From: Octopus sinensis | Lineage: Eukaryota | Direction: 5' to 3' | NCBI RefSeq assembly: GCF_006345805.1 | Contig: NW_021832238.1 | Span: 1-61,768, forward strand | DNA: 61,768 nt | In this document: piece after piece, positions 27,046 through 40,612 of the stretch | How the letters are laid out: every line of letters starts with the position of its first letter | Position numbering within the stretch: position 1 is the stretch's first letter | Position numbers and translations under genes: made by a program | The notes under the pieces: generated by a model | The model's input: the letters and a program-made list of their open reading frames with translations, nothing else | Database searches by the model: none | Told to the model about the DNA's origin: nothing

Positions 27046-27363
27046 ACTCCGTCGATTACGACGACGAGGGTCCCAGCTGATACGATCAACGGAACAACTT
27101 TGCTCGGGAAATTAACGTGCAAGTGACTGAGCACTCAACAGACACGCGCACCCCTATCGTAGTTCTCAGGGAGATTCAGTGTGACACAGAGTGTGACAAG
27201 GCCGGCTCTTTGATATACAGATACCACTCAATTTTGCCAGTTGAGTGGACTGGAGCAGCGTGAAATAAAGTGTCTTGCTCAAAACCCACCGCGCCACCTG
27301 GAATCGAATTCACGATCTTACAATCGTAAGCCGAATGCCCTAACCACTAAGCCACACGCATTC
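27046..27363 (-). mobile_element. SINE family C
   Basis: Reverse complement of family C (TGCGTGTGGCTTAGTGGTTAGGGCATTCGGCTTACGAT...GAGCAAGACACTTTATTTCACGCTGCTCCAGTCCACTC...). Confidence 0.8.
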
Positions 27364-27814
27364 TCCCACATACATACAAACATATATACATACATACATA
27401 AATACATACATAGATACATACATACATACATAAATACATACATAGATACATAGATACATACATACATACATACATACATACATACATACATACATACATA
27501 CATACATACATACATACATACATACCAGTACCTTCATTCTTCGCTCCTTATTTATAATCCGCGATTGCAGGAAACTTCCTGGATTTTTCACTTGAGTAAA
27601 ACAAATGCTTCTCGTTGAACATTCTTCTTTTCTAAATACCTTGTTAGCCAGCTTTCACATAAATATTGAAGCACGCATCATGTATGTGTGTGAGTGCGTG
27701 TGTGTATGTGTGCGTGAATATATATATATATATATATATATACATGCATATATATATTCATGTGTGTGTTTGTGTGTGTGTGCATGTATATACATATAGA
27801 TAATACGTATATAA

Positions 27815-27845
<31 letters not shown>

Positions 27846-28399
27846 ATTATACAGGTATATAGTGTAATATTGCCATGATTCTCCTTTTGGTGGTAGAAAG
27901 AGCAATTCATATAACCTTTTGTAGAGATCCTGACTCTTCACATAACAGGAGTTATCAAACTGAAGATTTGACTTGAAGCCATGTAATACAGAGGTCCTCG
28001 CTAAAAACATCAAAGCTGGCTGGTGAGTGAACTCAACCGAGAGAACCATTTACGTATGTTCCCTCTAAATTTTAATTATTGGGTAAGAAACACCCAATCC
28101 TGTTGTTCCGGGTTCAGTTCCGACACCTTGCGCAAGTGCCTTCTATTATAACCTGGAGTCGACTCAAGCTTTGTGAATGAATTTGCTAGAGGGAAACTGA
28201 AAAAAGCTTATCGTATATATAGGGCTCCAGGAAGATGGTGTGCTTTGCAGAGAGAATAATCTCCCACTACGGCAATGTCAACCGGCCCCCACTTTCCCAA
28301 GACTTCACTAGCCCGGATTTTTCTTGCATGGTCACGGTCTAATGACTGAAACATGTAAAAGATAAAAGATAGGCTTACTCGTTCGAGGAATAAATAATA

Positions 28400-29150
28400 C
28401 CAACAACATCATCATTCAACCTCATGACGTTAACTAACAACTTCATGAATATACCCCCCGATACCATCATAACCCACACCAGCAACAACAACAACAACAA
28501 CATCAAATCCAACAACGACCACCACCCGCCAGAAAATACCAGCATCAATTATAAAATCGTGGAGATGTCGACCTCCACCAATCACCACCACCACCAACAC
28601 CACCACCAACACCACCAACACCACCACCACCACCACCACCACCACCAACACCACCACCACCACCACTACCACCACCACTGCCACTGCCACTGCCATCGTT
28701 TCTACTACAGCCACCGTCACCAGGACAACTAACGTCACACCTACCAGCCGCCATCTCTATCTCACGCAACATTTACTTGAAGGACGTCGACCGTGAAACA
28801 ACTTTCTGCAACCAAACACCATCAGCTTAAGGCATCATCACCCGCATCCACATTACTTCCACCGTCACCGCTAACACCAACACCACCACCACCAACACAA
28901 CAACTACCACCACCTCCGCCACCGCCTGCAATAACATCATCGGCGACGACCACAATCACCATCGCCATCATCACATTCAGCTGTACAACCAACATTATGC
29001 CCAACACCACCATAACCACTCCAAATATCGTATACAGCTTTGGCGGAGGTAGTAGTGAGTGGTGGAGGAAGCGGAGGAGGAGGAAGCGGAGGAGGAGGAA
29101 GAAGAGGTGGTGGTGGCGGTGTGGGATATTGACGAAGTTGTTGTTGTTCT
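28400..29150. repeat. (CAC/CAA)-rich then (GAG/GGT)-rich low-complexity block
   Basis: Directly visible. Confidence 0.85.
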
Positions 29151-29577
29151 TATTTACTCTCAAAGTCTAGCTCATTCGAGAAAACCTTTATGTTATCTTT
29201 TACTGGGGGAACCGTCTTCAAGAATTTTTAGTCGAGGGAATCGGTCCAAGTTTTATCGAAGACAGGTACTAATTCTATCAGTTTTGCCGAACCGCTATAT
29301 CCGGTTGTCAAGCGATGGTGCGGGGCAAACAAACACACAAATATATACATACATACACACGCACACACACACACAAACACACACACGCATATACATACTC
29401 TTTATTCTCTTTACTCTATTTCTTGTTTTAGTCATTTCACTCTGGCCATGCTGGAGCACCGCCATTAGTCGAGCAAATCGACCCTGGACTTATTCTTTGT
29501 AAGCCTAATACAAACACAGGCACACAAACATATACACACATGTACTATATATATATATATATTACTATATATATATA

Positions 29578-29624
<47 letters not shown>

Positions 29625-29837
29625 TGTAGGATAAATTTTTTTTTCGAAAAAAAATTTATCAATGGTTAGCATATTAAAAAATACCTTTAAAGGTTAAATT
29701 TATAAATAAGGGCAAACGAAAAATATTTCTAATGCCAAATATGCCGAAATTAGACACCTTGTCCATAACCATATAATTTTCCACAATACACACGCTACTC
29801 AAAAAAGGTCGACAGAAATTTCTAAAAAATTCCATTC

Positions 29838-29897
29838 TTACCATATCGGACCGATTTCAGGGTTAGTTCGTAAGAACCCTCCCTTCGTCAATGATAA
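29838..29897 (-). ncRNA. Type I hammerhead motif (C3U core) in an insertion spanning ~29622-30060
   Basis: Minus strand: UUAUCA UUGACGA AGGG AG GGUUC UUAC GAACU AA CCCU GAAA UCGG U CCGA UA UGGUAA. All three stems pair, stem III is near-palindromic, and the triplet is AUA. Confidence 0.7.
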
Positions 29898-30074
29898 ATG
29901 TGGCAAAGAAATAAGTGAGATACTTACTCATACCCATGGAAGAAGCAAACACTAAGTCATGAGCACAATTAAGTACCCCAAATACATCCAAAATAGAAAT
30001 TCTCCAGCCCATTTGAGAAACGTGCGATTTGAACTGAGTTTTGAGTAGCGTGCGCTGCTTATTGGTTTGGGTAT

Positions 30075-30355
30075 TGGATTCAGTTTGATTCCTGACTACG
30101 TGTTTTGTCCATGAGTAAAACACTTTTATTTCACGTTGCTCCAGGTCACTCACCTAGAAAAAAGTTAGTCGTACCTGTAATTCAAAATGCCAGCCTTGAC
30201 ATACTCCGTGTGGTGCTGAATCTCCGCGAGATTTACGTTAAGTGTACGTGTGTTTGTGGTGCACTCAGGCACTTGCATGTGAATTTCACGAGCAGGCTGT
30301 CTCGTTGATTGGATCACCTGGAACACTCGTCGTCGTAGCCGACGGAGTACCAGTT
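30075..30355 (+). mobile_element. SINE family C, head truncated
   Basis: Core ACACTTTTATTTCACGTTGCTCCAG and tail CTCGTCGTCGTAGCCGACGGAGTACCAGTT. Confidence 0.7.
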
Positions 30356-31249
30356 TGGCGTCTGATCAAGTTTTTAATGCGTTTAACAGCAAATATTTAA
30401 TCAGCCATCTACAAGTAATAAATCCATAAGCGCATTGCAATCTTAATGTTTGTTTTCAAAAACAATAGGATGCAATTATTTCGTGAGAATTTACTGTTAT
30501 TTCTCTCAGATTCAATGATTGCAAGAAAGCGGCTTCTTTGTGCCATTGTCATTAGTCATCAAGTATGGTGAACAGCAGATCTTTGTTTAAAGAATCCGGG
30601 TCCAAATTATCCAACACATGAGATGTCGTCCAAGAAGGTAGAAAGAACTTTGTGGGAGTCACCACGTTGGCCTTTATTATCGATGGTTGTTGTAAAGGGC
30701 CGTGGCTTAGCAGAATGTTTAGCGTGTCGAGCAAATGCCTTCCTATATATCGTCCGACCCTTTACATTCTGAGCTCAATTCCAACCGAGGCCAATATTTT
30801 TCTCTCATTTCCTCCAGGGTGGATTAGATGAAGCATCAATTAAATACGGCTTTAAATTTATTCAACTTGCTCATTTCCTTAAAATTCCAGGCTCTGTTCC
30901 TTAGTAAGAAGCAATTATTGATTGCTGTTGCTATTGTTGTAGATGCTATTGTTGTAATTGTTATTGTTGTCCCTGTTGCTGTTTCCAATGTTTAGACCTG
31001 GGTTAACAATAACCAGGCAGCCCCTTGGTCAAATAAATGCAAGCAGTAAAAAAACCTTGGCTTATTATTCACGCATTCGAGGACTCCATTGTCACAACTA
31101 GTTATCAACTTCGTATTCTCAGACAATAAAAGTCGCAATCCTTTTGAAGGACACCAAGCTACTATTTCTAGAAATGATGAACGACCACTTTGAGGTTGTA
31201 CTGTTGTAATGATAACAATGATCATTACTGGTAGTATTTAATTGGCTCT

Positions 31250-31570
31250 CCGTCTATTACGACGAGTCTTCCTGTTGAATTCATCAACGGATGAACCTGC
31301 TTGTCAGTCAAATTAACCTGTAAGTGGCTGAGCACTCCTAAGAAACGCGCAACCTTTACGCAGTTCTCAGAGAGATTCAGCGTGACACAGAATGTGAGAC
31401 AAGGCTGGCTTCTTTGAAATACAGGTGCTACTTATTTCTGCTTGCTGAGTGAACTGGAGTAACTTGGAATGTAGTATCGTGCTCAATGATGTAACACACC
31501 GCAGACAATCGAACTCACAACCTTTTGATCGTGAGCTGAATATGCTAGTCAATAAGCAACGCGACTTCAC
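31250..31570 (-). mobile_element. SINE family C, diverged
   Basis: Contains GAGATTCAGCGTGACACAGAATGTGA and ATCGAACTCACAACCTT, the reverse complements of family C body and B box. Confidence 0.7.
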
Positions 31571-32019
31571 ACTGATGGTGTTAGTGGTAATTTTAGTGCT
31601 ATTAGTCATATTATTATTGTATAGCAATTGTATTAACATTATTTATATTAGATTTAAACAGTGATGGCGGAGTTGGTGGGAATTCAGCTGATTTTGGCGT
31701 GATGTCTTAAATGGTTGTTGTCGATAATGGCGCTGTTACGATGCTACTGGAGTTGTAGTTACAGCTAGGGATGCGGCTTTAGCTGTTTTATGTGTGGGCG
31801 GTGGAGGTCGTGGCGCATAGCTTCTAATAACATAAATCCCTTTCGTGAACTCTGCTCATTTCTATGTTGGAAAAGGGGAGAAAAAGTTTGGTTTATTTAA
31901 GTAGTTGTCAACAACGATAATTCTGTCTGCCCGGACATTTTTATGGAGCTGGCGTATTAGCGTTCACATTTTGAGGCGGCAAATTGCCAGTAACATAAAT
32001 TTACACACACGAAACTAAG

Positions 32020-32389
32020 AAATACAACAACAACAACAACATCAATGGTAAGAAGATCGGCTAAAAACAATAAGAGCAACTCTAACGACAAGAACAACGT
32101 CAATAATAATATTAAAATAGAAAACACAAAGAAAAAATAAATAACAGTAATAATACAACTACGAGGATAATAAAGAAAAAAGAAATAAAGAACGATAAAA
32201 CAATAAAAAATACAGAGATGACAAAAAGACAACAATAATAATGACAACAACAATTATTATAACATTGATGATGATGATGATGATAATGATGATGATGACG
32301 ATGATGAGGATGGGGATAATAACAAATACAAATAAGGTAAAACAATAACGAGCACAGATGACAAAAGAAATAATAATAATAACAATAAT

Positions 32390-32475
<86 letters not shown>

Positions 32476-33685
32476 CAAATGCAATAATATCGACAACAAT
32501 AGTCGCAACAACAAAACAAACCAGTATAATAATAATAACAACACAATCGGCAATAAGAAAAATAACAACAACAATACTACAACAATGTTGTAAAAACAAT
32601 AGGAATATGAAAGAAAACAACGTCAAAATTTCAAAATAAAAAAGCGGATATACCACTACATGACGACAAGCAAACGACGAACATAACAAGAATATTGTGA
32701 ACAGCAAAAAACAATAGCGATACAAGAATAACAAAAGCAAACACACTCACACACACACAGAGAGAAATTGCAATATAAAGAATATCAACTATAAAAACTA
32801 AAAACATATAATGTATAAAGTAGACCGTAACAAAAAGAGACATGAAAACATACAAGGATATAAGAGCGGCCATACATACTATACGCTCAACGACCAGAAG
32901 GAGAACAACAATATATACAAGAAAAAAACAACAATAACACCGACGGCGACAACGATGACGGTGACAGTGACGACGACAACGACGACGGTAATGATGAAGA
33001 AACGACAACGAAAACAAGAGCAATAACGACAACATTCACTGCCATAACGTAACATCAAATACCTATATAATAACGTAAATGCTAACAACCGCCATTAATA
33101 ACAATGAGCCAATGAGGGCGTCTGAATAGAATCATCCGTGATGCATGAAGTAGCAGTCAAATCTCACTGAAAGCAGATTCTCTACGTGTTTTTAAGATCA
33201 ATTGTATAATTTTGATTGGGGCATATTGTGTCTTTAAAATAAATCTTATATCTCATAACAATAAAATTTAAATGTTAACGCAGTGGTCATGCTTGTAATG
33301 TCTTTGTATACATATATATATGTCGGCTTAGTGTTAGCCTCGACGAAAATGGAAGAAGTAGATGGAGAAAAGGAAAGAGGGGGAAAAGGAAGAGAAAAAG
33401 AAGATGGAAGATAAGGAGGAGAAAGAAGTGGAGAGGAAGAAGAGGAAAAGAGAAAAAGAAGAATGAGGAGAACGATGAAAGGGCCAAGAAGAAAGAGAAA
33501 AAGAAGGAGAAAGGGGAGGAGGATAACAAGCAAGAGGAAGAAGAATAAGAAGAAAAACAAGAAAAAAGAGGAGGAGGAAAAGGAGGAAGGGAAAAGGGAG
33601 AAGAAGAAGGTGAAAAGAAGAAAGAGGGGAGAAGATCAACAATAGCGTCTACAATAACAACATCAGCATCACTCTTTCCAAGAAT

Positions 33686-33717
<32 letters not shown>

Positions 33718-34210
33718 GTCGCTGCTGCTGCTGCTACAAATTTATAAACAACCACAACAACTGAAGCAACTACACCATTTGTAACAGCAGCTGCAACGGC
33801 AAAATAACATTAAACAACGACAACAATATGACCAACACCATCGACAAATACAGCATCTTTAGGAAGAACGGCAAAACAGTAAGGAAAAGGAACTTCAACA
33901 ACAACAACAGCAGCAGCAGCCAAAAATTACAACAACTATTAACAACAAAAACATCGAGAAAAAAATGTCAACAACAGCTATAACAACAACCACAACAACA
34001 ACCTCAACACCAATAACAATAACGAGAGCCACAACAATTATAAATTTATAAGCAACCACAACAGCAGAAGCAACCCACGGCAACCACTGCAGAAGCGCCA
34101 ATAACAAACCAATAATAACAAGAACAATATCAACAACAACAATAACCAAATATAATGACGACGGCAACAACAAGATAAATAACTGCAATAACAACAAACA
34201 AAGAAATAAT
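32020..34210. repeat. Long decayed (AAC/AAT/GAA)-rich low-complexity block
   Basis: Directly visible. All ORFs here are compositional artefacts. Confidence 0.9.
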
Positions 34211-35028
34211 AAAAATTACACCTCCCGCTCATAATTCAAACTATAACTACCAAACGTTCCTCGTAAAATTTCCCCCGATTTAATCATTTGTGCTTGCGAA
34301 TATGTTTGTGTATTATGCGCCATTCTCTGTATTTGCGAGAGGATGTTTGTGCCTTTTTCTGTATGTGTCGGAAATATAGTACGTGTTTGAATAAGCATAT
34401 ACGTGTGCCTAAATATACGTGCATGTTTGTCTGCTCTCATGTATATTTGTATGTGTTTATTTTTCGTCGTTATTTTCTCAACGTTTTATTTGACAAAACT
34501 AGCAGTGATATAGTAGCCACTTGACTCAAGATGACAGAATCATAGTTTGTAAGGTTACAGGTTTTTCTCTTCCGCATTTGCTGTTTAAAATTGTCTCGTT
34601 AAAGGAAGTGCTTGAAGGTGAGAAGAAAATGTCGCCGTCGTCTCTCGTCGTTTCTTTTGATTCTCGCCTGAAGCTAATTGTCTTATTATTTTATCTACTT
34701 TTTAAATTTTTTTCGCATATTCTGCTAACATATTTTAGGGAAAGGTGTATTCAGAACGAGAAGCAGAAATTAGTCCCATTTCATGTTTGTTTTACAAGAG
34801 TAGATAATTTATCGATAAGAAAACACTTGGTTGGGCAGTTAAGGCGCTTGCTCTTCACCCATGTGATCTTGCATTCAATCTAACCGCGCATCATTTAGGG
34901 CAAGTGTCTTTTACCATAACACCGGGTCGACCAAAGCCTTGAAAATTGTAATTGGTAGAGGGAAACTTAAATAAGCCTATTATCTATCTATCTGCCTATC
35001 TATCTGTGTGTGTGTATATATATATATA

Positions 35029-35221
35029 TAGCAATAATAATTCTCTAAATGAGATATAGACAGTGACTGCTCCATAATATAAGGGACATTAGCCAACTGA
35101 ATATGATGGCGTCGGCCTATCTGGTGACGTTGATGTTCGCCTGGGGCTAAATGCAACAGTGACACCCCCACCACCCTGCTCTGTCCCTAGCCATATTCAG
35201 TTGGCTAAGTCCCTTATATTA
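35029..35221. mobile_element. Truncated, inverted-arranged copy of the 355-bp hammerhead element family (see 39676-40368), nested in a SINE A TA tract
   Basis: 35029-35105 is the reverse complement of 40293-40369. 35106-35221 matches ~40207-40323. No ribozyme segment is present. Confidence 0.85.
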
Positions 35222-35231
35222 TATATATATA

Positions 35232-35269
<38 letters not shown>

Positions 35270-35278
35270 TATATATAT

Positions 35279-35375
<97 letters not shown>

Positions 35376-35699
35376 TATATATATATATAAAACTATATAT
35401 ATATATATATAGTATATATATATAGATATATATATATATACACATATATATTTGTGTCTATATGTATGTGTGTACACTATATATATAGTAAATTTATGTG
35501 TATGTCTTTGTGTCGAATCTGATCCCAATGACTGCTTGCTAACCGGTACTGGTATGGTTGAGTCCTCGTAATTTAACTCTTCGACAAATGATGCCGATGT
35601 AATGAATATGAAACTTAACAAAAACCGTACTGTGGTCGATATGTTCGACTAAAATGTTTCAAGGCTGTACTCCACAATGGACGCAGTCCAATGTCTATA

Positions 35700-36217
35700 C
35701 CGTAGTAAGAAGCTTGTCTCCCAACCACATGACTCCGGGTTCAGTCCCAATGGGAGCTTGGACAAGTGTTTCTACTATAGCCTCAGGCTGGCCAAAACCT
35801 CGTGGGTGAATTTGGTTGACGGAAACTGAAAGAAGCCCGTCGTATATATATATTATATATATATATATATATATAATTATATATATATAATGCTCTTCTC
35901 GCTGGATTGCATGTTCATTTCTGTTTTTGCCATCTGTGATTTTATGTTAGATCGTCTATGTAAATGAAGATATTTCCTCCATCTGGCTGCTTTTCTCTCT
36001 ACAAAACGGGAAGTTATATTTGCGGAATAGTCATTTTAACAAGTTGTATTTATCTATCACCCGACGAGATACATCTGCACCACTGTATGCTCCTGAACCA
36101 GTTGTTGAGTGTCCCAACCATGAGGAATCGATGCTAGATGTGTCGAAACAATTAATAACAAATACTCGTGATTAATAAAAATTTCTCATATATTCCATCT
36201 TCCATCTTTCATTTGCC

Positions 36218-36267
<50 letters not shown>

Positions 36268-36480
36268 ATTTGTGCGTCTGTTTGTCCCCCCCCACCATCG
36301 CTTGACAACCGATGTTGTTGTGTTTCCGTCCCCGTAAGTTAACGGTTCGGCAAAAGTAACCGATGCAATACATACTAGGCTTACAAAGAATAAATGCTGG
36401 GGTCGATTAGTTCGACTATAGGCGGTGATCTAGCATGGCCACAGTCAAATGATTGAAAGAAGTAAAAGAATAAAATAATA
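35700..36480 (+). mobile_element. SINE family A interrupted by a ~330-bp insertion (35890-36220)
   Basis: Head 35700-35845 and tail 36270-36480 are collinear with intact copies. Confidence 0.8.
36046..36165 (+). ncRNA. Degenerate hammerhead-like motif (CCGACGA core, long stem II)
   Basis: CCGACGA (36061-67), GAUACAUCU pairing with AGAUGUGUC, then GAAAC (36145-49). Distal GUAUUU/AAAUAC pair, but the cleavage-site region looks disrupted. Confidence 0.45.
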
Positions 36481-37247
36481 AAACAATACACACACACGCA
36501 CGCATATACAATCATTCACAATGCAGGTAGCCCAGCCATCATGGATGTTCTTCGGTTCGATACCTCCATGCATTTGGCTGATCAATTTTCTCCAAGTTAC
36601 AAACCGACGGAACACCTTACTCTCCCTAAAGATACCCACTATAGACTCTCTCCATCTCAATCGACACCTTTCTATAGTGATTTTTCCAACGCTTCACCAA
36701 CACATTCGTACCCAGGTTCGAATCTAATAACACCTTTCCTGCTTCTTTCCTACCTTCCTACACTTCCCTCAATGAAGCCTCTCCCCGGCCTCTCCCCCAC
36801 TCCCTCACATGTAGCCGAGCTATGGCATACTCTTCTCAAATTCGAAGAAGTGGAGGTTTGAGCGAGGGAAATCCGTGGTTATCTTTCCTACCATAATCCA
36901 TCCACGCGTCCCGCTCCGCTCACTACTCGCTTGTCACGTGGTTGAATGTGTCGCGTTCTGTGTTTATTTTTCACTACACCTCATTACATCTCAACACCAT
37001 CGGGCAGCCACCGACTGCGCCCAGCTACACACAAATATACACACACACACACATAAACATACACATACCCATACGCACAGGCACACATACACAGGAACAC
37101 AGTCACACAAAGAAAAAGGAGGACATCTCCATCATCATCAGAAGCACTACTATCAATACCATCACTAGCGCCCGCACAGCCGACATTGATACTACTACAA
37201 GCAATACTAATAAGACCACTAAATACTATAACCATCACACCCCCATA

Positions 37248-37293
<46 letters not shown>

Positions 37294-37359
37294 GTTATTC
37301 TCAGTAGTAATATTTCAAATTCTATTCCTGTCACCATCTCGACCATCGCTATTAAGACC

Positions 37360-37391
<32 letters not shown>

Positions 37392-37455
37392 CAAAACCAA
37401 CACTACCACCATCTCTACCACCGCCACCATATTTATTATTATTATTATTATTATT

Positions 37456-37493
<38 letters not shown>

Positions 37494-37523
37494 TATCATC
37501 ATCATCATCATCATTATTACATA

Positions 37524-37963
37524 AGAGCAGGAGTGGTTGTGTGGTAAGTAGCTTCCTTACCAACGACATAGTTCCTGGTTCAGTCCCGCTACGTGGCACC
37601 TTGGGCAAGTGTCTTCTACTATAGCCTCGAACCGACCAAAGCCTTGTGAGTGGATTTGGTAGACGGAAACTGAAAGAAGCCCATCGTATATATATATATA
37701 TATATACATACATTACGTATGTGTATGTTTGTGTGTGTGTGTGTGTGTATGTGTGTGTGTGTGTGTTTCTCCCCGCAACATTGCTTGATAGCCGATGCTG
37801 GTCAGCTTGCGTCTCCATAACTTATCGGTTCGACAAAAGAGACCGATAGAATAAGTACTACGCTTACAAAGAATAAGTCCTGGGGTGAATTTGTTCGACT
37901 AAATGTCGTGCTCCAACATGACTGCAGTCAAATGACTGAGGCAAAGTATAAAATAATAAAAGA
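37524..37963 (+). mobile_element. SINE family A, full length
   Basis: All family A motifs are present. Confidence 0.85.
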
Positions 37964-37985
37964 ATCATCATCACCATCATTATCA

Positions 37986-38037
<52 letters not shown>

Positions 38038-39823
38038 GATTATTATTATTATTATTATTATTATTATAATTATTATCATTATTATTATTATTATAATCAT
38101 CATTATTACCAACACAACTACATCATGTAAAAAACCCTACCACCAACGTCACTCTCTCCAAAAACCAACAACCCCACCTCCGCCAATCCACCACCACGAC
38201 CACTACAAACTACTCCACTATCACTACCCCGGCCGCCACCGCCTCCACCGCCATCCCGCGGAAACTACAAAGCATAAACTCAGTGACTATCACCGACGCC
38301 ATCAACACCACCACTTTGCGAACTCCGCCGTTATCCCCATCTTGTACATCATACCCCAGCACCTAAATCACTCCCTTTTTTGCCTCTCTTTCTCTCTTTC
38401 TCTCTCTCACTTCCCCTTCCCCTTTCCCTTTCACTTTCACTTTCCCAGTTTTGTGCATGTGATGAAGATACGGGATATGTGAGGGAGAGCGCGAATTGAG
38501 ATGCTGTGATCGGGGTGCAGTGAAGTGATGGAGCCTTTTGGCGGTATGTGGGTCGGAAGAAGGAGGGTAAGGTGGGTTGGGAGGATATAATTTAAATATG
38601 AAGCGATTTCGAGTTTAAATTAAGATGAGAACATGATGTATTTAATAATGGACGGCAGACGAGAAGCGCATGTGTGTTTCTGGAATTTTATATAACACTT
38701 TTTATATGTTGGCTGGCATGTCTTTATGTATGTGTATGCAGGCATACATATACACACATGCATACATATATATATATATATATGTGTGTATGTGAGTATG
38801 TCTGTCTGTCCGTTTCTGTGTCTGTGCCTGTGTCTATGTATCTACACACACATACATGTATATATGCATATATATATACACATATGTATAATATATATAT
38901 ATATCCCTTTAATCTTTTACTTGTTTTAATCATTTGACTGTGGCCATACTGGAGCACGGTCGTAAATATATATATATTGTTAGATAGATAGATAGATATA
39001 GATATAGATAGATACGTATATATGTATCGATCTAGATAGATAGATACTATGTACGTATATTTATTTATACACACACTCAGCTATCTATACTATCTATATA
39101 GGTATCTCTTCTGATCCATCTATGTAGCTAGCTAAACGTTTATATATATTTATATAGGTATATATCTATAAGTACACACACACATACACACTCAGCACAC
39201 CAAACACATACATACACACACATATAGGCATATGTAAAAAATATATACATATACATGTTTGTATAATTGGATGAACACAAGCGCGAAAAATATTCGCTCT
39301 CGTCTAAGGAAACGCATAAAAGAATAAACTCCATCGCTACTATCTTAATGTAATGGCAAAAACCAGAGAGGCATTCAAATATGATTGAAGAAGTTTATTT
39401 TCTTGATTCTATTAGCCTTATTACAGGATTTCACCCTTTTCCGTTTCATTGCCTCTTTTGTCATTTCAACCAATTATAAATTAAATATATGAGTAAATAT
39501 CGCATTGTTTTAACATCAAAAGTGGTTTTAATTTAATAGTATATACATATATTTGTAGTATTTGCACCTACACATACACACACACACACATACACATACA
39601 TACACATAAACGCAGATATGTTTTTGTGCTACTGAATGTGTGCGCCCGCGTATTTATATATATATATATATATATAGGGACATTAGCCAACTGAATATGG
39701 CTAGGGACAGGGCAGGGTGGTGGGGGTGTCACTGTTGCATTTAGCCCCAGGCGAACATCAACGTCACCAGATAGGCCGACGCCATCACGGCGTCCTCTAT
39801 CTTGCAAAGGGAGATCATTCCCC

Positions 39824-39900
39824 AAGAAGCGGATGCCTCACACGGACCTAGGTTTCAAGGTGTATTGCCTATTATCAACGTGTGGTAGGCACCGCTTCTC
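39824..39900 (-). ncRNA. Type I hammerhead motif, U3-A8 variant (inverted copy)
   Basis: Reverse complement of 40092-40168 with the identical UUGAUAA core and GAAACCUAGGUC. Confidence 0.75.
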
Positions 39901-40091
39901 GACGAATGACTCACCGTGCAAGATATATATAAAGATATATATTCAGTTGGCTAATGTCCCTTATATTATGGAGCAGTCACTGTCTATATCTCATTTAGAA
40001 AATTATTATTGCTGTCGAACAGATTTTCGAAATCAGTAAATGTATTTACTTGAAAATCTTTATATATATCTTGCACGTTGAGTCGTTCGTC

Positions 40092-40168
40092 GAGAAGCGG
40101 TGCCTACCACACGTTGATAATAGGCAATACACCTTGAAACCTAGGTCCGTGTGTGGCATCCGCTTCTT
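40092..40168 (+). ncRNA. Type I hammerhead motif, U3-A8 variant with extended stem I
   Basis: GAGAAGCGG UGCC UAC CACACG UUGAUAA UAGG CAAUACA CCUU GAAA CCUAGG UC CGUGUG U GGCA U CCGCUUCUU. Stem I is CACACG/CGUGUG extended by ~13 bp, stem III is palindromic ACCUAGGU, and the GUC triplet predicts a cut after 40147. Confidence 0.78.
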
Positions 40169-40383
40169 GGGGAATGATCTCCCTTTGCAAGATAGAGGAC
40201 GCCATGATGGCGTCAGCCTATCTGGTGACGTTGATGTTCGCCTGGGGCTAAATGCAACAGTGACACCCCCACCACCCTGCCCTGTCCCTAGCCATATTCA
40301 GTTGGCTAATGTCCCTTATATTATGGAGCAGTCACTGTCTATATCTCATTTAGAGAATTATTATTGCTATATATATATATACA

Positions 40384-40419
<36 letters not shown>

Positions 40420-40612
40420 TGTATGTATGTATGTATGTATGTATGTGTACATGCATACATATGTAAAGGATGACAGGCAAAGTCGATCTCGGCGGAATTT
40501 GAACTCAGAACGTAAAGACAGACGAAACACAGCTCAGGATTTCGCCCGGCGTGCCAACGTTACAGTCACCTCGTCGCCTTTACAATATTTTTTTTTTGTA
40601 TTCTGTTTGTTG

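Larger units (their letters stand above)
39676..40368. mobile_element. Non-coding hammerhead-bearing retroelement (Penelope-like / retrozyme-like): 261-bp inverted copy plus a 355-bp monomer with a ~73-bp terminal direct repeat
   Basis: 39676-39936 is the near-perfect reverse complement of 40056-40316. 39941-40013 is repeated at 40296-40368 (period 355). Flanked by (TA)n. Confidence 0.85.
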
